Positions 28,404 to 37,451 of a stretch of 57,860 bases of DNA are shown piece by piece. The position numbers were made by a program, and so were the translations under genes. Positions within the stretch are counted from its first letter, which is position 1. Every line of letters begins with the position of its first letter. The notes below the pieces were generated by a model. That model did no database searches. It was given only the letters and a program-made list of their open reading frames with translations, and was not told the origin of the DNA. The stretch spans positions 1-57,860 of IMG/VR virus record IMGVR_UViG_3300028920_002366. The stretch is one strand, 5' to 3'. Source of the DNA: a virus (lineage: Duplodnaviria > Caudoviricetes).

Positions 28404-29187
28404 ACCAAAACTATATGCTGGCTTTTTCGTTGGCGAATTCGGTTGGGAGTTGATGCGATGGCAAGGGTTTCTTAGGCACATGTCTTGTTCATATGATATT
28501 GTAGTTGGCTGTGAGAAAGACAAAACATTTCTGTATCAAGACTTTGCCCACAGTTTTGTCATATATCCAGGCAAGGTTAATACTAGGAATATGTGGCTTT
28601 GTAACGGCAAAGTATTTCCACTATATAGCCAAATAGAAAAAACTGACGTAGAATATTATGTACCATCGAAAGATATATGTCTTAATGATAATCTTAATCA
28701 AGATTTTATCAGGTATGGGCAAAAAGCTGAAGAAAATAAATACGATATAATATTACACGCCAGATCTACTGGTAATATTAAGTCAAGCTACCGCAATTGG
28801 CCAATATCGAAATGGGATCAACTTATTGAGCTGTTGAAAAAGAAATATAACTTGAGAATAGCTTGTATGGGATCGAAGGCAGGGGCTGATTACATTAATG
28901 GTACGACGAACCTGATAGGAAAACCATTAGAACAGATAGCGAATGACATATGCCGTTCCAGGGTGTTTGTGTCTCCATCATCTGGTCCTGTACATTTTGC
29001 ATCTTTGTGCGGCAAACAGCATATTGTATGGTCGGACAAAAAAGACAGAGGAATATACAAAAACAAAGAAAGATATCTTGATACTTGGAATCCATTGAAA
29101 ACAAAGTGTAAATTCATTCCAAAATGGCAACCATCAATATACACAGTATATGAGGCTATAGAAGAAACCCTTAACCTGAGAGGATAA
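28396..29187 (+). CDS. GT9-like glycosyltransferase
   Basis: GEFGWE, RNWP..KW, NLIG..L and SSGPVHFASLCG motifs. Confidence 0.75.
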   Translation: MDKPKLYAGFFVGEFGWELMRWQGFLRHMSCSYDIVVGCEKDKTFLYQDFAHSFVIYPGKVNTRNMWLCNGKVFPLYSQIEKTDVEYYVPSKDICLNDNLNQDFIRYGQKAEENKYDIILHARSTGNIKSSYRNWPISKWDQLIELLKKKYNLRIACMGSKAGADYINGTTNLIGKPLEQIANDICRSRVFVSPSSGPVHFASLCGKQHIVWSDKKDRGIYKNKERYLDTWNPLKTKCKFIPKWQPSIYTVYEAIEETLNLRG

Positions 29188-29188
29188 T

Positions 29189-29947
29189 ATGGGAAAAGAA
29201 GTGTTACCAATATTAATTACAACCTATAATCGTTACGAATATTTTCAGAAAATGTATGTAAGCTTGTATAATTCATTGGATTATAATAATATATACTACA
29301 AGAAAAAAATAATTAATATATATGACGATTGCAGTACAGAAAAAAATATTACAAGCGCATTAAAAATGTTAAACGAATGTCACAAGGTTAATTTCCGGGA
29401 AAAAAATGTAGGTACAACACTCAACACCCTTCAGGCTATAGATCAATGTTTCGAATATTATAGTACAGATTATGTTGTTGCTCTACAAAGTGACATAATA
29501 TTTTGTGAAACATGGTTAGATCGTGGTATGACTATCTTTGAAAAAATTATAGAAAGATACAAAGATATTAATATTGGGTTTTTGGGTCTGTTCAATAGAA
29601 GCAATAAGGAAAATAGACATTATTATATACTGAAAACTGGTCACCCTGGCGGTTGTGCTTGGATAGTAAGGCGAAAGTTTTGGGATAATTATAAAAATAA
29701 ATTTGCTATAAATGACGACATTACAGATATTTTGACATACTGCGATATCTCGAAAGGGCCTAAAAATGCAATGACTCGTCATAAAATTAAGAACCTAGTT
29801 GATTACAAACTTGCTCACAGGGCTCATTCCATCAACTGGCACTGTGCTAAGGTTGGTGACTCTCTTGTACAGCATATTGGACACAAAAGTAGTGTAAGTG
29901 ATCGAGACATGTCCGAATTCGATTCTACTTGTTTTATTCGAAATTAA
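29189..29947 (+). CDS. GT2-family glycosyltransferase
   Basis: ILITTYNR, IYDDCS, N.G, QSD and SLVQHIG motifs. Confidence 0.8.
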   Translation: MGKEVLPILITTYNRYEYFQKMYVSLYNSLDYNNIYYKKKIINIYDDCSTEKNITSALKMLNECHKVNFREKNVGTTLNTLQAIDQCFEYYSTDYVVALQSDIIFCETWLDRGMTIFEKIIERYKDINIGFLGLFNRSNKENRHYYILKTGHPGGCAWIVRRKFWDNYKNKFAINDDITDILTYCDISKGPKNAMTRHKIKNLVDYKLAHRAHSINWHCAKVGDSLVQHIGHKSSVSDRDMSEFDSTCFIRN

Positions 29948-29957
29948 TTGGTATAAT
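29929..29957 (+). promoter_or_regulatory. sigma70-type promoter
   Basis: TTGTTT-17-TATAAT with TG extension. Confidence 0.5.
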
Positions 29958-29975
29958 ATTAAAAAGGGAGGTAGT

Positions 29976-30263
29976 ATGAATAAAGAAACAATAGAATTAA
30001 TTATTGATGATATAAAACAAAAATGGGGTAATTTAGATGTATGTGATAAATCTTTTGACATGTTTGTTATAGTGATAGTACAACTTTTTATGACTTGTAT
30101 TATAGGTGCTGCTTTTCGAAGTGGAACAATAGTATCTATTGGTTTTGGTATAGCTACTTTCGAAGGAATATGTATAGGGGTGTATATACTAAAAAATATT
30201 TATTTTAACTATATAAACGGTTTAAAAAAGAAAAAAAATGAACATTACACGATGGTGAAATAA
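29976..30263 (+). CDS. Membrane protein (2 TM)
   Basis: GGGAGG RBS and two hydrophobic segments. Confidence 0.6.
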   Translation: MNKETIELIIDDIKQKWGNLDVCDKSFDMFVIVIVQLFMTCIIGAAFRSGTIVSIGFGIATFEGICIGVYILKNIYFNYINGLKKKKNEHYTMVK

Positions 30264-30305
30264 AAAACAACAATATTATTGCTATTTTTGAAAAAAGGAG
30301 CTTAA

Positions 30306-30842
30306 ATGCCACCAACACTTAAAATTAAAAGAGTAGACAAAAATGTAAAAATGCCAGTGCGGAAAACTTCTGCTAGTTCAGGAGTAGATGTTTATGGCTG
30401 GAAATTTTTGATGCACTACAAAAAACATACAGTTGTCCATACATGGTCAGATCGTTTAGGTTTCCAAATACAAAAAGAGGATATTAGTAATAACGATGAA
30501 AGTATAATTGATATAGAGCCTGGTGAAAGAGTGCTTATTGACACAGGGATAATAGCAACTGTTGGCCCAGGTCACGAGATACAAGTGCGCCCACGGTCTG
30601 GAATATCACTCGAGAAAGGCTTGTTATTAATTAACACACCAGCAACTATTGACGAGGATTATCGTGGAACCATTAAAATAATGTTCGCAAATTACACAAT
30701 CGAAAAAGTTAGTATCAATCTTGATGTTCGGTTAGCTCAATTGGTAGTTTGTCCTGTTGTGATATCTGATATTGTTGAGGTTGATAGTTTTGATGCCACA
30801 AGTCGTGGAAATAGCGGAATTGGTTCAACGGGGATTAAATAA
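30306..30842 (+). CDS. dut: Trimeric dUTPase
   Basis: SGVD, QVRPRSG, TIDEDYRG.I, RLAQLV and RGNSGIGSTG motifs. Confidence 0.92.
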   Translation: MPPTLKIKRVDKNVKMPVRKTSASSGVDVYGWKFLMHYKKHTVVHTWSDRLGFQIQKEDISNNDESIIDIEPGERVLIDTGIIATVGPGHEIQVRPRSGISLEKGLLLINTPATIDEDYRGTIKIMFANYTIEKVSINLDVRLAQLVVCPVVISDIVEVDSFDATSRGNSGIGSTGIK

Positions 30843-30843
30843 T

Positions 30844-31032
30844 ATGGTTTCTGGTATAATAATAATTGTATTACTAATAGCTTGTATACTTTCTACTTTT
30901 GTTTCCATTCGAGAGTACAAAAAAAAAGACTCAAAAGAATTATTAATATTAATATCACGTATAAGTGTTTTGTGGACAGCCTATTATATGATAATGCTGC
31001 TTTTTGTAATAAAAATAATGAATTTATACTAA
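30844..31032 (+). CDS. Small membrane protein
   Basis: Two hydrophobic segments. Confidence 0.55.
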   Translation: MVSGIIIIVLLIACILSTFVSIREYKKKDSKELLILISRISVLWTAYYMIMLLFVIKIMNLY

Positions 31033-31087
31033 AATAGGTGTACAATTAAAGGGTAACAAAAATACTCAACTTTCATCGGGAGGAATC

Positions 31088-31273
31088 ATGGAAAACGCAA
31101 TTATCAGTTCTTTTTTCTTGTTCTTTTGCATTATAGTCCAAAGCGTGTATTTGGCAATAGTATACCCAAAAACTACCATAGGATTTGTCTTACAAAACAC
31201 TGTACTATTGATTACCTGGATGTGTTTTTTGTATTGTTTTTTGCCTTACTTAATTAAAATAACTGTTTTATGA
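31088..31273 (+). CDS. Small membrane protein
   Basis: GGAGG RBS and two hydrophobic segments. Confidence 0.55.
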   Translation: MENAIISSFFLFFCIIVQSVYLAIVYPKTTIGFVLQNTVLLITWMCFLYCFLPYLIKITVL

Positions 31274-31306
31274 TTATTTTTGGGAAAATATATTATATTA
31301 ATACAT

Positions 31307-31573
31307 ATGAATTCCCAAGAAAAAATAATCGACCTAGAGGTAAGAATATCTATGCTAGAAAAAACGGTTAGCAAAATCGAAACCACTATAACAACCTTTA
31401 CCGAAAAAACACAAAAAATAATCAGAAACTTTATATACGTAATAATAGGTACAATATTTATGTCGCTTTTTACTGGTTTATCACTTCAATACAAGTCATT
31501 TCACGAGGTGCATAGCAAAATATACGCAGTAGAAGGTAAGGTAGATAGTCTACGTATTATTACAGGGAAATAG
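31307..31573 (+). CDS. Coiled-coil plus TM protein (XhlA-like, possibly lysis-related)
   Basis: DLEVRISMLEK coiled coil followed by one TM segment. Confidence 0.5.
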   Translation: MNSQEKIIDLEVRISMLEKTVSKIETTITTFTEKTQKIIRNFIYVIIGTIFMSLFTGLSLQYKSFHEVHSKIYAVEGKVDSLRIITGK

Positions 31574-31574
31574 T

Positions 31575-32279
31575 ATGTATACATTAATTATATCAATACT
31601 GATATTATTCTCGTTATATTTATACTTTACTTATCACAAAAAATATGATTGCAAGGCGTTTTATTACTGGTTTTTTACGTCATGTATGGTTGGGTGGGTA
31701 GAATTTGTATGTTTTTTACGACACGACGCATGGTTGTTTGATCATAAACATGTGATTGGGTTGAGAATACTAGATGTTACTATTGAGGATTATATATTTT
31801 GTCCTTGTTTTTCAATAATATTCTGGTGGTTATATGATTTAACTAAGAAAAAATTTAAGCAAAGAGTATTTAATCCTGATGATAAATTACTTTTCACTAT
31901 AGGGGTTTTTCTAATAGCGTTAATATATTACGACATAGGATCACAGTTTTCGAAATATATGGCTTTACGAGCTTCGATAGGCTTTGTTGGGCTTATATAT
32001 TGCTGGAATTGGGCATCTTTTCGACATTGTGGTATATTTTTAATAATTGTATATATAATTGGTTTTGGATGGGATCTGCCAAGTGTAGTAACAAAGATAT
32101 GGACTTATATAGATTGTACAACCGGAGTACCATCAAAGATATACGATGGCAAGGTTTTTGCTATTCTTGGAGCAAAATTTCCGATAGAACTTTTTGGTTA
32201 CTATTTTACGGGAGGTTTTTTCTCTTTTTGGACTATTAGCTTTTTTAGGTGCTATTTTGAAAGGAGTTATAGGAAATGA
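31575..32279 (+). CDS. Membrane protein with two lycopene-cyclase-like domains
   Basis: Repeated pattern W.F...IG.RI.DV.IED..F and WD...IWTY...LG..FPIE..Y. Confidence 0.5.
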   Translation: MYTLIISILILFSLYLYFTYHKKYDCKAFYYWFFTSCMVGWVEFVCFLRHDAWLFDHKHVIGLRILDVTIEDYIFCPCFSIIFWWLYDLTKKKFKQRVFNPDDKLLFTIGVFLIALIYYDIGSQFSKYMALRASIGFVGLIYCWNWASFRHCGIFLIIVYIIGFGWDLPSVVTKIWTYIDCTTGVPSKIYDGKVFAILGAKFPIELFGYYFTGGFFSFWTISFFRCYFERSYRK

Positions 32280-32629
32280 AGGAAAAACTCAAAAGAATAT
32301 ATAGGTGTGATTATTGTAATAAGCTTTATTTTAAAAAACTTTTTTGCCTTAATCATGAGGAGCGATGTAAAGGAAATCCAAAAAATTTTAGAGTTTGTAA
32401 CCGATGTCCTTATCTCGAAAAGGTAGAAGCGATGCATTATGTTGATACCTATGTGGGAGGAGAAGATCACAAAGTTAATGTTTTTTATTGCGAAAAATTA
32501 GACGTATATGTTTACCCTTTTAGTGTAGAAAGAAAGAAAAACTGGTTTGAGTTTGATAATAAGAACAATATTCCTATGAAAAAAGAATGTGTGCATTATG
32601 ATAAATTTGTTAATTATAGGGAGTTATAG
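32276..32629 (+). CDS. Cys-rich hypothetical protein
   Basis: YRCDYC..C..HE..C..NP...C..C, a common phage Zn-finger pattern. Confidence 0.65.
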   Translation: MKEKLKRIYRCDYCNKLYFKKLFCLNHEERCKGNPKNFRVCNRCPYLEKVEAMHYVDTYVGGEDHKVNVFYCEKLDVYVYPFSVERKKNWFEFDNKNNIPMKKECVHYDKFVNYREL

Positions 32630-32632
32630 GAA

Positions 32633-33040
32633 ATGAGCAACTGTGGTTGTGTATATGTCAATATTGGAGAAGAATGTTTCAGTGGGAGTAATACAAAAAA
32701 GACGTTTGCAGCTCATGAAATAGAATGTTGTGAATGTGATAGGACAATAGATATTGGTGAAACTTACGCAAAAACATTAGCTTGGTATGACCCAAAGAAA
32801 CAACCAGAAAGTCCGTTAAGATACGATATGTGCTTAGATTGTGCATCAATTAGAGATGTGTTTTTTTGTGAAGGGTATCTATATCGTGGAATGTACGAAT
32901 TACTTGAAAAACACATAGAAGAAAATAACGTAGAAATAAGTTCTGATTGTTTAGCACGATTAACAAAGGATGCAAGAAACCGTGTTTGCGATATGATTGA
33001 AGAGTGGTGGGGAAAAAATTACTACGAGGAAGATGATTAG
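32633..33040 (+). CDS. Cys-rich hypothetical protein
   Basis: CCEC.R.I..GE.Y and C..C motifs. Confidence 0.65.
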   Translation: MSNCGCVYVNIGEECFSGSNTKKTFAAHEIECCECDRTIDIGETYAKTLAWYDPKKQPESPLRYDMCLDCASIRDVFFCEGYLYRGMYELLEKHIEENNVEISSDCLARLTKDARNRVCDMIEEWWGKNYYEEDD

Positions 33041-33043
33041 CCA

Positions 33044-33247
33044 ATGAAAAAATATTACAAGCACTATAAAGGTGGTGTATACAAACTAATATACGAGGGT
33101 ACACACCACATAACCCAAGAAAATTACGTTGTGTATGAAAATATAACTAACTCTACAATATACGTCACACCAAAAATAGACTTTTTCCGTTTTCTTAAAA
33201 TAAAAAATTATTACGTGCCTAAATTCGAGGAAATATTACGTGCCTGA
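33044..33247 (+). CDS. DUF1653-like protein
   Basis: YKHYKGG.Y...H..T.E..VVY...YV.P...F. Confidence 0.75.
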   Translation: MKKYYKHYKGGVYKLIYEGTHHITQENYVVYENITNSTIYVTPKIDFFRFLKIKNYYVPKFEEILRA

Positions 33248-34133
33248 CAGAAAACTTGATACAGATGAATATCAATCAATCAAATCTCTGGAAGAAGAGT
33301 TAATATCGTCACAGATATTAGACCTTAGAATCAAATCTGATGATGGTAGAAACCCTATTAATAGAATAATAGAAAAATATGCGGTCACATCTTCTTTTTA
33401 CACGAAACCCGAGGTACTAGAAATTGTAATCAAAAAACTTGAAAAAGTATTAGAGAAGTATATAGAACAAGCAGGTATACGAGGGAAAATATTAGGTAAG
33501 AAAGCTTTAAATAAATATCTTGAAAAATCTGAAATAGCTGACAGAACTCAGAGACAATTGAGAGCAATAGATCTATCCAACGAATCGAAAGCAAGGCGAA
33601 GGTTGGGGGTTGTGTTGTTAAAACTAAAGCGTGAAAAAAATCTATTACAAGCTGATCTTAATATATTTAAAAAAACAGCCAAATTAGCAGGTTTTACGGA
33701 CAAACAAATTACAAGACAACTTATTTTGATAGGGAAAGAGAAAGCAGGTGTTGTAAAAAGATTTCAAGATAATATGAAAAAAGTAGCTGCTGCTGCTGTT
33801 CGGAACGAAACTAATTCAAGAGAGATAGATGAGTATCTTAAAAAATACCCAAAAAACAAATATTGGCAATGGATTGCAATATCGGCAAATCCTTGTCCTG
33901 ATTGTACTTATAGGGCTGGGAAATCGCTTCAATATAGTGAGTGGCTTAAGATAGGATTGCCAAACACAGGTAGAACTATATGTAATAGGTGGGGTGCATA
34001 TTGTAGGTGTAAGCTTATTCCAGACCCTATTGCCAACAAAAGGTTCCCTACACTGAAGGAGTTCAAATTCAACAAAAAAAATCTAGTATTAACCACAACA
34101 AAAGAAGAAAGGATAATAGACCGTGCAAAATAG
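33240..34133 (+). CDS. Head morphogenesis / minor capsid protein
   Basis: W..IS..PCPDC..R.G...W...GLP..G.T.C...CRC.L.P; lies upstream of the scaffold gene. Confidence 0.7.
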   Translation: MPDRKLDTDEYQSIKSLEEELISSQILDLRIKSDDGRNPINRIIEKYAVTSSFYTKPEVLEIVIKKLEKVLEKYIEQAGIRGKILGKKALNKYLEKSEIADRTQRQLRAIDLSNESKARRRLGVVLLKLKREKNLLQADLNIFKKTAKLAGFTDKQITRQLILIGKEKAGVVKRFQDNMKKVAAAAVRNETNSREIDEYLKKYPKNKYWQWIAISANPCPDCTYRAGKSLQYSEWLKIGLPNTGRTICNRWGAYCRCKLIPDPIANKRFPTLKEFKFNKKNLVLTTTKEERIIDRAK

Positions 34134-34350
34134 GGAAAATATATTAAATTATACAATTGGAGAGGTAATGGAGATGTGTAACAAACAGTTTAGCTGTAAC
34201 TATTGTATTTTTTACAAAAAACAAATAGACATAAACAATCCGAATGTCTCTAATTATAAATTTTGCAGTTTTTTTGGGTACAACCCATCAGACTGGCCAA
34301 TTAACAACAGGAAAGGTAGTTATGTCCAAGGAAGAAAAGAGCAAAAATAG
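34123..34350 (+). CDS. Small Cys-rich protein
   Basis: C...SCNYCIF...C...P.DW pattern. Confidence 0.5.
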   Translation: MQNRENILNYTIGEVMEMCNKQFSCNYCIFYKKQIDINNPNVSNYKFCSFFGYNPSDWPINNRKGSYVQGRKEQK

Positions 34351-34462
34351 AAAAGAGTACAAAAAAACAATAGACGATATTACTGAGTTCAAAAAAATTA
34401 AGCCTGGAAAGCCATTCGGGATATTAAGGAAAAGAGAGCAAAAAATAAAAAGTTTAGAATAA
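34322..34462 (+). CDS. Small basic hypothetical protein
   Basis: AAAGG RBS before ATG 34322. Confidence 0.4.
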   Translation: MSKEEKSKNRKEYKKTIDDITEFKKIKPGKPFGILRKREQKIKSLE

Positions 34463-34468
34463 TTTTTT

Positions 34469-34497
34469 TTGCTTTTTCAATTTTTTTGAGTTATATT
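34469..34497 (+). promoter_or_regulatory. sigma70-type promoter, probably for a leaderless transcript
   Basis: TTGCTT-17-TATATT; ATG at 34504 has no RBS. Confidence 0.55.
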
Positions 34498-34503
34498 ATT
34501 AAC

Positions 34504-34674
34504 ATGGTTCACCAGGGTAGACAAAAAACAGTCGAAGAGAAACTATTGATAATCCAAAAGATATCTTCAGCCAACACAGAAAGGGTAAGAAGGAAATTCA
34601 CCGGAAAAACAACACTTAATTGGAAAGATGGTGAGGTTAAAAACGAGGAAATTATACTAAAAAAAGAATATTAA
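34504..34674 (+). CDS. Small DUF2292/YezD-like protein
   Basis: FTGKTTLNWKDGEV resembles the F/YG.I.I...DG.V motif. Confidence 0.45.
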   Translation: MVHQGRQKTVEEKLLIIQKISSANTERVRRKFTGKTTLNWKDGEVKNEEIILKKEY

Positions 34675-34707
34675 TTTTTGTCATTACGTTTGTGCGGTAG
34701 AGTAAAT

Positions 34708-34740
34708 GGTCTGCAACTTAGGTTGTGGACCTTTTTTTTT
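34708..34740 (+). terminator. Intrinsic terminator upstream of the scaffold gene
   Basis: GGTCTGCAAC-TTAG-GTTGTGGACC followed by T9. Confidence 0.75.
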
Positions 34741-34816
34741 ATAATGAAACATGATAAGCTAATAAGGGAATTTTAGCGACTTTTGACAAGGGAATTTCAA
34801 AAGAAGGAGATTGTAA

Positions 34817-35593
34817 TTGGCTATGAAAGCAGATCTAAAAAAGCTTTTGGCAGAAAAACTTAAAGATGTTAGCTATGACGGCAAACCTGTTACCGATTTG
34901 ATTTTTGGGTATTATGATGGTTTTGAGGCAAAAAACAAAGTTCAACAAGCAAATGAGGAGATTACAAAAGAAAGAGAGCTTCTCAAAGCTAGTGTTAAAG
35001 AGATTAAAAATAATCTTGAAAAAAAAGAAAGCGAACTTAAATTATTGTCTGAAAATCAAATAACCGATGAAATTAAAAAGAAACTAGAATCTATTCAAGA
35101 AGATGGTATGACAGAGGAGTCAAAGTTGAAACATAATCAAGTATTAGATCAGTTCAATTCAATTCAAACTGAAATGGATGAGATCAAGAAACAGCTAGAA
35201 GCAGAAAGAGAAGAAAAAATAGCACTAAAATTGCAAGGAAAACAAAAAGAACTTGAAACGAAAATTTCTAAAGCTCTTGCTAATTCTGAGAAAGGGAAAG
35301 TTGAGGGAAACAATATTGATATAGCATTGACTTATCTAATGGCGAAAGGTTTTGCGAAAATTGACAAAGATGAAAACGGTAATTTCAAAGAAATAATATC
35401 TATCGAAAAAGATGGGCAAATGCAAGCATCTAATATTCAAGAGATGGTAGATAATTTTGTTGAAAATAACAAAACTTATGCGCCTCCAACAATAAACCAA
35501 AATCAACCTCAATATAGGTCAAGTGGACAAGGTAATCACCCTCAGCCACAAAATCTTACTCAGTTTCGAGAGAGCGCGAGGAAAAATTTATAA
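34817..35593 (+). CDS. Capsid scaffolding protein
   Basis: Coiled coil with a flexible Q/P/G tail, directly before the major capsid gene. AAGGAG RBS. Confidence 0.75.
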   Translation: MAMKADLKKLLAEKLKDVSYDGKPVTDLIFGYYDGFEAKNKVQQANEEITKERELLKASVKEIKNNLEKKESELKLLSENQITDEIKKKLESIQEDGMTEESKLKHNQVLDQFNSIQTEMDEIKKQLEAEREEKIALKLQGKQKELETKISKALANSEKGKVEGNNIDIALTYLMAKGFAKIDKDENGNFKEIISIEKDGQMQASNIQEMVDNFVENNKTYAPPTINQNQPQYRSSGQGNHPQPQNLTQFRESARKNL

Positions 35594-35604
35594 AGGAGTA
35601 GAAT

Positions 35605-36537
35605 ATGCCTTCAGGTGCAATGACTCTTATCGAGTCTGCAAAGACTATGGATAGCCCCGAGAAAGAAGCTATAATTAATACTTATGCAGCTTCGTATCAT
35701 CCTATGATGAAAATGCAATTTCTCCCTGCACCAGCTGGAAGTATTAGTTGGACAATTAGGAATACTCTAGCCTATACATCTGGTGGGACAAGATTAGTGA
35801 ACGGATCTTGGACGGCTACCAGAGGTAACAAATCACCATTCACAGAAACTTTTAAAATCTATGGGGGTGAAATTAAAATTGACAGAGCAATAATTGCTAC
35901 AAATCCAGGAATTGTTGCAGAGGAAAAGGAAGACCAAATACAAGCCAAAGCCCTTAATTTCACGAAACATATATTTGAGGGTGTTGGTGGTCAATATCTT
36001 CGCGGCATTAAAGACTTGCTTGACAACGAGCAAATATTTACGAACCAAACTGTAGATGTAGGTACCGCAAGTGGCGGATCTATGTTGCAAACAGATCATC
36101 TTGACCAACTGCTTAATGTTATGAATGTAGAGATGGGTAATACTGTCATATATTGTACTGACAACATAGGTCTTAGGTCTAGAAAATTAGCAAGAGGTAA
36201 TAGCGCAAGTGGTGATACTGGTTACAATCTCAACTTTTCTCCTTTAGAATGGGGATTTTTTGCAGGATATTATAACGGAGTACCTATTATCCCGCTGAAA
36301 GACGGGCAAGGTACTGACCTATTGTCAACAGACGAAGGTGATGGGTCAAGTTGTTCTGTTTACGCAGTAACTTTTGGTACCAAGAATTTTACAGGATTTC
36401 AAGTGCAGCCACCTACTGTCACACCTCTTAATCAAGCAGATGTATATGATTATTTTGATTTTGAACACTATGTAGGTACTGCGGCAAAATCTATAAAATG
36501 TATTGGTCGATTACGTTACGTGACTGATGCTCAATAA
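35605..36537 (+). CDS. Major capsid protein (HK97 fold)
   Basis: AMTLIE.AK, IYGGEIKIDRA, D.LD.L, YNGVPI, SVYAV.FG and GRL motifs. Confidence 0.88.
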   Translation: MPSGAMTLIESAKTMDSPEKEAIINTYAASYHPMMKMQFLPAPAGSISWTIRNTLAYTSGGTRLVNGSWTATRGNKSPFTETFKIYGGEIKIDRAIIATNPGIVAEEKEDQIQAKALNFTKHIFEGVGGQYLRGIKDLLDNEQIFTNQTVDVGTASGGSMLQTDHLDQLLNVMNVEMGNTVIYCTDNIGLRSRKLARGNSASGDTGYNLNFSPLEWGFFAGYYNGVPIIPLKDGQGTDLLSTDEGDGSSCSVYAVTFGTKNFTGFQVQPPTVTPLNQADVYDYFDFEHYVGTAAKSIKCIGRLRYVTDAQ

Positions 36538-36551
36538 TATATGAGGTAAAA

Positions 36552-36956
36552 ATGTCTATAAAAGAAGAAATAGCAGAACTTAAAAGAGAAATAAAAGAAT
36601 TAAAAGAAAACCAAAATCTTAAATGTTCTGTTGTAAATTGTAATAAAACGATTAAAGATACATCTACGTTAAAACCAATGACAGTTGAAGAGGCTATAAT
36701 GCCGCTTCCTCCTCAACCATTGATGGAAGGAATTGTTGGTATTGATTATCATGGTAGAATAATAGAACCTGCGATATTTGACGAGAATGGTTTTGTGAAA
36801 GTACCAGGATGGATATTGAACGAAAAACAAAAACGATATGAATACATTGATTCAGAATGTAATGTGCTCAAAACTGAATTGGCAGAGATTGTAGATGGTA
36901 ATATTAGTCGAATGAAAGAATGGCACGTTAAAAAGAAAAAATTATCGGAAAAATAA
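36552..36956 (+). CDS. Hypothetical head-module protein
   Basis: RBS and position in the head module. Confidence 0.6.
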   Translation: MSIKEEIAELKREIKELKENQNLKCSVVNCNKTIKDTSTLKPMTVEEAIMPLPPQPLMEGIVGIDYHGRIIEPAIFDENGFVKVPGWILNEKQKRYEYIDSECNVLKTELAEIVDGNISRMKEWHVKKKKLSEK

Positions 36957-36968
36957 AGGAGAAATTGT

Positions 36969-37379
36969 ATGGCATGGCAAACTCAATATATTTCCTTTCA
37001 GTGTGATGGGGAATCATTAGCATCTGCGGTATCTGTAAATACTGATGGTACAGTAGGTTCTGCTGTTGAAACCGGTAGAGGTAGTTTTGATATTGATTTT
37101 ACGGTCTCTGGTTATTCTGGGGGTACAGGGTTCGACAGTATACTAATTGTAGTACAATCTAACTCACAAGCAGCGGCTACAACTTGGACTGAGATAGGTA
37201 ATGTAGTAATAGGCGATGCAGATGGTCGTGGTACATCTTTAACATCATTGACAAACGCTATTGTTGGCGTAACAAATCAAAGCGACTACCAAATTAGGTT
37301 ATATGCGTATGTCAATGGATCTGCTACGGCTGCTACTGTAACAGCGAAAATATATCCAAGATCATCCAGAAAAATATAG
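36969..37379 (+). CDS. Probable capsid decoration/cement protein
   Basis: Ser/Thr-rich beta-sandwich pattern ending in YQIRLY; follows the capsid gene. Confidence 0.55.
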   Translation: MAWQTQYISFQCDGESLASAVSVNTDGTVGSAVETGRGSFDIDFTVSGYSGGTGFDSILIVVQSNSQAAATTWTEIGNVVIGDADGRGTSLTSLTNAIVGVTNQSDYQIRLYAYVNGSATAATVTAKIYPRSSRKI

Positions 37380-37406
37380 CCCCTTTTGTTGAATAGCTGG
37401 TAACCG

Positions 37407-37436
37407 AAAAGCTCCGGGTGTATCCTGGGGCTTTTT
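37407..37436 (+). terminator. Intrinsic terminator
   Basis: AAAAGCTCCGGG-loop-CCTGGGGCTTTTT. Confidence 0.7.
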
Positions 37437-37451
37437 AATTAAGGAGGAAAA

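Noticed and set aside
34675-34816. tRNA or known riboswitch in the intergenic gaps
   Set aside because: No cloverleaf or T-loop signature and no recognisable aptamer; only terminator hairpins are visible.
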